DNA from: an uncultured Gemmatimonadaceae bacterium
GTDB taxonomy: Bacteria > Gemmatimonadota > Gemmatimonadetes > Gemmatimonadales > Gemmatimonadaceae
Length of the DNA: 64,000 bases
Assembly: GCA_963829055.1 (NCBI GenBank)
Contig: CAWHHI010000016.1
Location: 320,001 to 384,000, forward strand
Reading direction: 5' to 3'
Shown here in pieces: positions 58,642 through 64,000 of the stretch (its first letter is position 1; each line of letters starts with the position of its first letter). A program made the translations under genes and the position numbers. The notes beneath the pieces were generated by a model. It was not told where the DNA came from. It was given only the letters and a program-made list of their open reading frames with translations, and did no database searches.

Positions 58642-59192
58642 CAACAATTCCGCAGATCGTGAAAGACTGTCGCGCGCACATGGACAAGGCGATCGAGAGC
58701 TCGAAGCGGGAATTTTCTTCGATCCGCTCCGGCAAGGCGTCGCCCTCCATGCTCGATACGGTGCGTGTGGACATGTACGGCACGCAGATGACGCTGAACC
58801 AGGTGGCGAGCGTATCGGCGCCCGAGCCGCGCATCATCCTCGTGACGCCGTTCGACAAGGGCCAGCTCAAGGCGGTCGAGAAGGCGATTCGTGAGTCCGA
58901 CCTCGGGCTCGACCCGGCGGTGCAGGGCGGCGTGATCCGCGTTCCGCTGCCGATGATGAACGAGCAGCGCCGCAAGGAGCTGGCGAAGGTCGTTCACAAG
59001 CTCGCTGAAGAAGGACGGATCGCCGTTAGGCACGCGCGCACGACCGCGCGCGATCAGCTGAAGAAGCTGAACGGCGTGAGCGAGGACGACGTGAAGCACG
59101 CCGAGAAGGATCTCCAGAAGATCCACGACGACTACATGCACAAGATCGACGAGCTCCTGAAGCACAAGGAAGCCGAGATCATGGAAGTCTGA
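58638..59192 (+). CDS. frr: Ribosome recycling factor
   Basis: [23 protein letters not shown]. Confidence 0.96.
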   Translation: MTTIPQIVKDCRAHMDKAIESSKREFSSIRSGKASPSMLDTVRVDMYGTQMTLNQVASVSAPEPRIILVTPFDKGQLKAVEKAIRESDLGLDPAVQGGVIRVPLPMMNEQRRKELAKVVHKLAEEGRIAVRHARTTARDQLKKLNGVSEDDVKHAEKDLQKIHDDYMHKIDELLKHKEAEIMEV

Positions 59193-59205
59193 CCGGACCC
59201 GCACC

Positions 59206-59958
59206 GTGCACTCCAGGAACGCCGCCGAGCTGCTCGCGCAGATCCGCGTTCACGGCGCGGTGCCGCGACACGTGGCCATCATCATGGACGGAAACGGCCG
59301 GTGGGCGCGCGAACGGCGCATGCCCCGGCCGTTTGGGCATCGGTCCGGCATGAAGTCGGTGCGGGAGGTCGTGGAAGGCGGGGTCGAGGTGGGGCTCGAG
59401 GTACTGTCGCTGTTCGCGTTCTCGCAGGAGAACTGGCACCGTCCGCCGACCGAGATCACGGCACTCATGTCGCTGCTCGAGGAGTACATCGCGCGCGAGG
59501 CCGACGAGCTGCACCAGCGAGGCGTTCGGGTCCGTGCGTTAGGCGCGCTGGAGCGACTCACGGCGGACGCCTCCGCTGCCGTGGAGCGCGTGGTCGCGCA
59601 AACGGCGGGCAACGACCGGATGATTTTGAACTTGTTCATTTCTTACGGCGCACGCGCCGAGCTCGCCCGCGCCGCGAGGCTGCTGGCGCAGGACGCGGCG
59701 GCCGGGCGGATCGACGCGACGTCGATCGACGAGACGGCCTTCGCGAGTCGGCTCTATACGGCTGAGTGTCCCGACCCGGACCTGCTGATTCGCACGTCCG
59801 GGGAACAGCGCCTCTCGAACTTCCTCCTCTGGCAGCTCGCCTACTCGGAGCTGTACATGAGTCCCGTACTCTGGCCGGACTTCACGCGGGGCGATCTGTA
59901 CGAGGCGATTCGCGATTTTCAGCTGCGCGAGCGTCGGTTCGGCCGAGTACCGGCCTAA
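59206..59958 (+). CDS. uppS: Undecaprenyl diphosphate synthase
   Basis: PRHVAIIMDGNGRWA, FSQENW, IRTSGEQRLSNFLLWQ. Confidence 0.96.
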   Translation: MHSRNAAELLAQIRVHGAVPRHVAIIMDGNGRWARERRMPRPFGHRSGMKSVREVVEGGVEVGLEVLSLFAFSQENWHRPPTEITALMSLLEEYIAREADELHQRGVRVRALGALERLTADASAAVERVVAQTAGNDRMILNLFISYGARAELARAARLLAQDAAAGRIDATSIDETAFASRLYTAECPDPDLLIRTSGEQRLSNFLLWQLAYSELYMSPVLWPDFTRGDLYEAIRDFQLRERRFGRVPA

Positions 59959-59961
59959 CGC

Positions 59962-60819
59962 GTGAGCGAGCTCGCCAAGCGCATCCTCACCGCACTGGTG
60001 GCGGCGCCGCTGGCGCTCGTCATGATCTACCTGGGTGGCCTTCCGTTGGCGGCGTTCCTCGCGCTCGTGTCCGCCGGCTGCGCCTGGGAGTTCTATCGCA
60101 TCGCGACGGCGGGCGGACTCGAGCCACTCGACCCGATTGGGATTCCACTCGCCGGCGCTATCCCACTCGTCACGTATGCCGCTGCCGTCGGCGTCTATCG
60201 ACCGACGCTCGCGGTTCCCGCGGTCGCGTTGCTCGTGATCCTCGCCGCGGTCATCTGGGCGCGAGGTACCGGGCGCCGCCCGCTTGGCGCGGCGTCGGCG
60301 ACGGTCATGGGCGTGCTGTACACAGGAGGCTCGCTCAGCTTCGGCTACGCGCTGCGTGAGTACCCGTACGCGGTCGGCGATCGAGCGGGGACGGCGCTCG
60401 TCGCCTTGCCACTGATCCTGACCTGGGCATCCGACATCGGGGCGTACTTCGTGGGGCGCGCTGTTGGCGGGCCGAAGCTGCTGCCGTCGGTGAGCCCGGG
60501 GAAGACGCGCTCCGGCGCGTTAGGCGGATTGCTCGCGACGATCATCGTCGCGTGGCTCTACGTACGCTTCGCGTTAGCGCCGGTGGCCTCGCTCACGATG
60601 ACGCTGCCGGCGACGATCGTATTCGGGCTCGTCATCAGCGTCGCGGCACAGGTGGGCGATCTCACCGAGTCGCTGCTCAAGCGCGAGGCGAACGTGAAGG
60701 ACAGCTCACGCCTGCTTCCCGGCCACGGCGGACTGCTCGACCGACTCGATAGCCTGCTGTTCGTCCTGCCGGTCGCGTACCTCCTGTTCGGTTGGCTCCT
60801 CATCCCGGCGGTTCCGTGA
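59962..60819 (+). CDS. cdsA: Phosphatidate cytidylyltransferase
   Basis: SDIGAYFVG, SPGKT, GDLTESLLKR..KDS..LPGHGGLLDRLD. Confidence 0.95.
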   Translation: MSELAKRILTALVAAPLALVMIYLGGLPLAAFLALVSAGCAWEFYRIATAGGLEPLDPIGIPLAGAIPLVTYAAAVGVYRPTLAVPAVALLVILAAVIWARGTGRRPLGAASATVMGVLYTGGSLSFGYALREYPYAVGDRAGTALVALPLILTWASDIGAYFVGRAVGGPKLLPSVSPGKTRSGALGGLLATIIVAWLYVRFALAPVASLTMTLPATIVFGLVISVAAQVGDLTESLLKREANVKDSSRLLPGHGGLLDRLDSLLFVLPVAYLLFGWLLIPAVP

Positions 60820-61946
60820 CGCGCGGGATCGCGATCCTCGGATCCACCGGCTCGGTCGGCACGACGGCGCTCCGCGTGCTCGAGCGTCAGCGTGATCGGT
60901 TCCACGTCGCCGCTCTGACAGCGTTCGAGAACACGACGCTGCTCGAACAGCAGGCCATGCAGTTCTGCCCGCCGTTCGTGGGCATCGTCGGTGATGGAGC
61001 GAACCCACGGGCAGGATGGCGAACCGGCGAGCAATGTCTCGTCGAAGCGGCGACGCTGCCTGACGCGGACATTGTCCTGAACGCGGTCGTTGGTGCCGCC
61101 GGCCTCGATGCAACGCTCGCGGCGCTCGAGGCGGGCAAGCGCGTCGCGCTCGCGAACAAGGAAACGCTGGTCATGGCAGGCGACCTCGCCGCGGCGGCCG
61201 CAAAACGCGGCGGCGGTGAGATCGTCCCTGTCGATAGTGAGCATTCGGCGATACTGCAGTGCCTCAGTGGCCGGCGGCGCGACGAAGTGCGGCGCGTGAT
61301 TCTCACGGCGTCTGGCGGCCCATTCCGAGACTGGCCCGCCGACCGGCTCGCGCGCGCTACCGTTCAGGATGCGCTGCTTCACCCAACATGGCGCATGGGT
61401 CGGAAGATCACGGTGGACAGCGCGACGCTCGCGAACAAAGCACTCGAAGTGATCGAAGCACATTATCTGTTCGATCTTCCATACGACCGCATCGAGGTCA
61501 TTGTGCACCCCCAGAGCGTGGTTCACTCGATGGTCGAGTTCGTGGACGGTAGCGTGCTCGCCCAGATGAGTGTTCCGACGATGGAGTTGCCGGTGCTGTA
61601 TGCGCTCACGCATCCCGAACGCGTACCGGACACCGGGGTAGGACCGTTCGACCCGGTGGCGTGCTCTCCGTTGACGTTCGAGCCCGTGCGGTACGACCAG
61701 TTTCCGGCGCTGCGCCTGGGAATGCAGGCCGGGCGCGCGGGCGGTGCGGCTCCTGCGGTGTTCAATGCCGCCAACGAGCAGGCCGTGGCCCTTTTCCTGA
61801 GTGGACGGATCACCTTCAACGACATAGCGAACGCGATCGACTCTGCACTCGAGACGCTAGGCGATACAGCAAGCGGGAGCCGCGAGGCGCTGCTTGCCGT
61901 GGATTCCGCGGCGCGGGCGCACGTTCGCAGGTTGCATTCATGCTGA
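60816..61946 (+). CDS. dxr: DXP reductoisomerase
   Basis: ILGSTGSVG, LANKETL, PVDSEH, TASGGPF, NAANE. Confidence 0.96.
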   Translation: MTRGIAILGSTGSVGTTALRVLERQRDRFHVAALTAFENTTLLEQQAMQFCPPFVGIVGDGANPRAGWRTGEQCLVEAATLPDADIVLNAVVGAAGLDATLAALEAGKRVALANKETLVMAGDLAAAAAKRGGGEIVPVDSEHSAILQCLSGRRRDEVRRVILTASGGPFRDWPADRLARATVQDALLHPTWRMGRKITVDSATLANKALEVIEAHYLFDLPYDRIEVIVHPQSVVHSMVEFVDGSVLAQMSVPTMELPVLYALTHPERVPDTGVGPFDPVACSPLTFEPVRYDQFPALRLGMQAGRAGGAAPAVFNAANEQAVALFLSGRITFNDIANAIDSALETLGDTASGSREALLAVDSAARAHVRRLHSC

Positions 61947-63140
61947 GCTACCTCGCACCGCTTCTCGTTTTCGGGCTCGTCGTATTCGTTCACGAGCTCG
62001 GACACTTCCTGGCCGCGAAGGCCATGGGCGTCTACGCACCGCGGTTCTCGATCGGGTTCGGGCCGGCGCTCTGGCGCCACCGATGGGGCGAGACGGAGTA
62101 CATCCTCGCGCTCCTGCCGCTCGGCGGGTACGTGCGCATGGCGTCGCGCGAAGATCAGGCGACCGCTTTCCTCGAAGGTGGAAGCGAAGAGCCGCAGGTT
62201 CCTGAGGTCGGCGGCAATACCGTTCCGCCGATGGTGGCTGGGGCCGAAAGCCCGCGCGACTGGGACCCTAACGCGATGAAGCCGTTCGGTCCCAAGCCGA
62301 TTCCGGAGCATCGCTGGTTCGAGTCGAAGCCGCTCGCGGCTCGCCTGTTCATTCTCATTGCCGGCGTCACGATGAACGCGGTGCTCGCGATCGTCCTCGA
62401 GGTCGGGACGCTGGCGGCGTACGGTCGCCCGTACTATCCAGCCGTTATCGACTCGGTCGTCGCCGGTCGACCCGCGGAGCGCGCCGGGTTGGTGAAAGGC
62501 GACAGCATCGTGTCGGTCGATGGAGAACCGGTGCGCGATTTTCAGGGGCTCATTGCCCGCGTGAGCACAGCCGCCGGTCGCACGATCGCGCTCGATGTCG
62601 TGCGTGATGGTGTCCGACGGACGGTCAGCGTTCAGCCGGAAGTAGCCGAGGTCGAGAATCAGATTACCGGGCAAGAAAGAACGTCTTGGCCGCATTGGCG
62701 CGGCGCCGCGGCAGCGGGTCGCGCGCGACCCGCTGCCGTTCTCCGCGGCCGTAGTCGGGGGGTGGAACAAGACCTGGGAGAACGCGGGCGGGATCGTGCA
62801 GATCGTGCGCGGGCTCTTTTCCGGCGATGTCCCGACGTCGCAGCTTGGTGGTCCGATCGCGATCGGATATGTGTCGGTGCAGGCGGCGCGCGGCGGAATC
62901 GAGACGCTCGTCTTGCTCATCGCCTTCCTGAGCATCAACGTGGCGGTGTTGAATCTCTTGCCTGTTCCGATCCTCGACGGAGGTCAGATTCTGTTGAACG
63001 TTCTGGAAACGGCAAAGGGTAGCGCGTTCAGCGCGCGCACCCGCGAGTACATCCTGCGTGCTGGTCTGCTGGCCATCGCGCTGCTCTTCGCACTCGTGAT
63101 GTTCAACGACATCAAGGGACTGCTGCAGCGCTTCGGGTGA
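61940..63140 (+). CDS. rseP: RIP metalloprotease RseP; frameshift near 62685
   Basis: VHELGHF, PLGGYVRM, PDZ domain, NLLPVPILDGG. Confidence 0.94.
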
Positions 63141-63532
63141 TGCGGCTCATCCTCGCCTGTTTCGGCGGCCTTCTGTTCCTCGTGCCGCTGTCACGGGCTC
63201 ACGCCCAGGACCGCGACGTTAGGTTCGCCATCACGACGGTGGGAGACACGACGATCACGTTTCACGCGGGGAAGATGACGTGGGTGGTGCGCACGAAGGG
63301 TGCGATCGTGGTCGACCCGCGGCGTCGTGACGCACTCGTTGCGCGGCTCAGGGTGGTCTCGGTCGGCGCCAACGGCGAAGCGACCGCGGTCGTGACCGCA
63401 CAGTCAGGGCGCGTAACAACTGACCACATTGTGATCGGTACCGAGCCGCCCGTCCGCTGGTACAAGAACACGCTGATGTGGATGGGCGCCGCATTCGGAC
63501 TCGTCGCGGGCTTCGGGCTAGGGAAGCTCTAG
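63137..63532 (+). CDS. Hypothetical exported protein with C-terminal TM helix
   Basis: Signal peptide ending AHA-Q; C-terminal WYK..WMGAAFGLVAGFG. Confidence 0.65.
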   Translation: MMRLILACFGGLLFLVPLSRAHAQDRDVRFAITTVGDTTITFHAGKMTWVVRTKGAIVVDPRRRDALVARLRVVSVGANGEATAVVTAQSGRVTTDHIVIGTEPPVRWYKNTLMWMGAAFGLVAGFGLGKL

Positions 63533-64000
63533 CGCTCGCAGATCGGGCTGCGACGAGGCAGCGTCTTGTTCTGAGCCTCGACGGTGACGGTGTCCGCGTA
63601 GGGCGCGCACCGTGAGTGCATGATGATGCGCTCGTAATCGCCGATCGGCAGGACGATGTTCTTCACCGGCACGACGCCCTCGCGATGTACGCTGTCGCCA
63701 GGGGTGAGCGACTTGAGCGTCCACCGCGCGCCGGCCGGATTCGCATCGAACGAGAGCGCTCCACAGGCACGGGGGCGCAGGGTGACACTCTTCGTGCGAC
63801 CCGCCACGACACGAGTGTCGATCGTTTCGGTCGCGTTAGGACAATCGACTGGGGATGACACGCTCGCCGTCACCTTGTACATGCCAGGCTTCAACGTGTC
63901 CGACCGCCACCCGTTGCCTTTCGCGACTTCCTTACCCTGCAACAAAATGATCGCGTCCCCCGGCGCGGTCACCGTGATTCGTCCTGTCGTCGGGGGCGGC
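63529..64000 (-). CDS. 3' end of a gene truncated by the window edge; PEGA-like beta-sandwich repeats
   Basis: APGDAII.LQG...LKPGMYKV, GALSFDANPAGA...LPIGDY. Confidence 0.55.
   Translation of the reverse strand, partial: PPPTTGRITVTAPGDAIILLQGKEVAKGNGWRSDTLKPGMYKVTASVSSPVDCPNATETIDTRVVAGRTKSVTLRPRACGALSFDANPAGARWTLKSLTPGDSVHREGVVPVKNIVLPIGDYERIIMHSRCAPYADTVTVEAQNKTLPRRSPICER

Overview
High-GC (roughly 68% by eye) bacterial core chromosome; the gene order and protein style suggest Gemmatimonadota (inference, not checked). About 65 genes, nearly all on the + strand. In order: HIT, yqeY, mutS2, dnaG, recJ, rsmD, coaD, pta, a partner-switching trio, rsmA, rex, dnaQ-like, MBL hydrolase; infC-rpmI-rplT-pheST-zapAB-6S RNA-rny-folD-xseAB-ispA-dxs-nadK-recN; a GH125-like gene; tRNA-Gly and tRNA-Leu(UAA); a small accessory block (FeFe-hydrogenase-like membrane protein, Rad52-family annealase, XRE switch, ferritin-like protein); the dap cluster; aroA-cmk-rpsA; acyl-CoA carboxylase genes; rplM-rpsI-rpsB-tsf-pyrH-frr-uppS-cdsA-dxr-rseP. 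About 20 essential or conserved genes carry single-base frameshifts, most likely long-read indel errors. The main unexplained signal is a non-palindromic octamer, CGTTAGGC/GCCTAACG. I counted 33 exact copies plus about 12 near copies by hand. They occur on both strands, in all reading frames and in intergenic DNA, and they force rare codons (TTA, AGG, CTA). This looks like an uptake-sequence-, HIP1- or Chi-like genome-wide signal.
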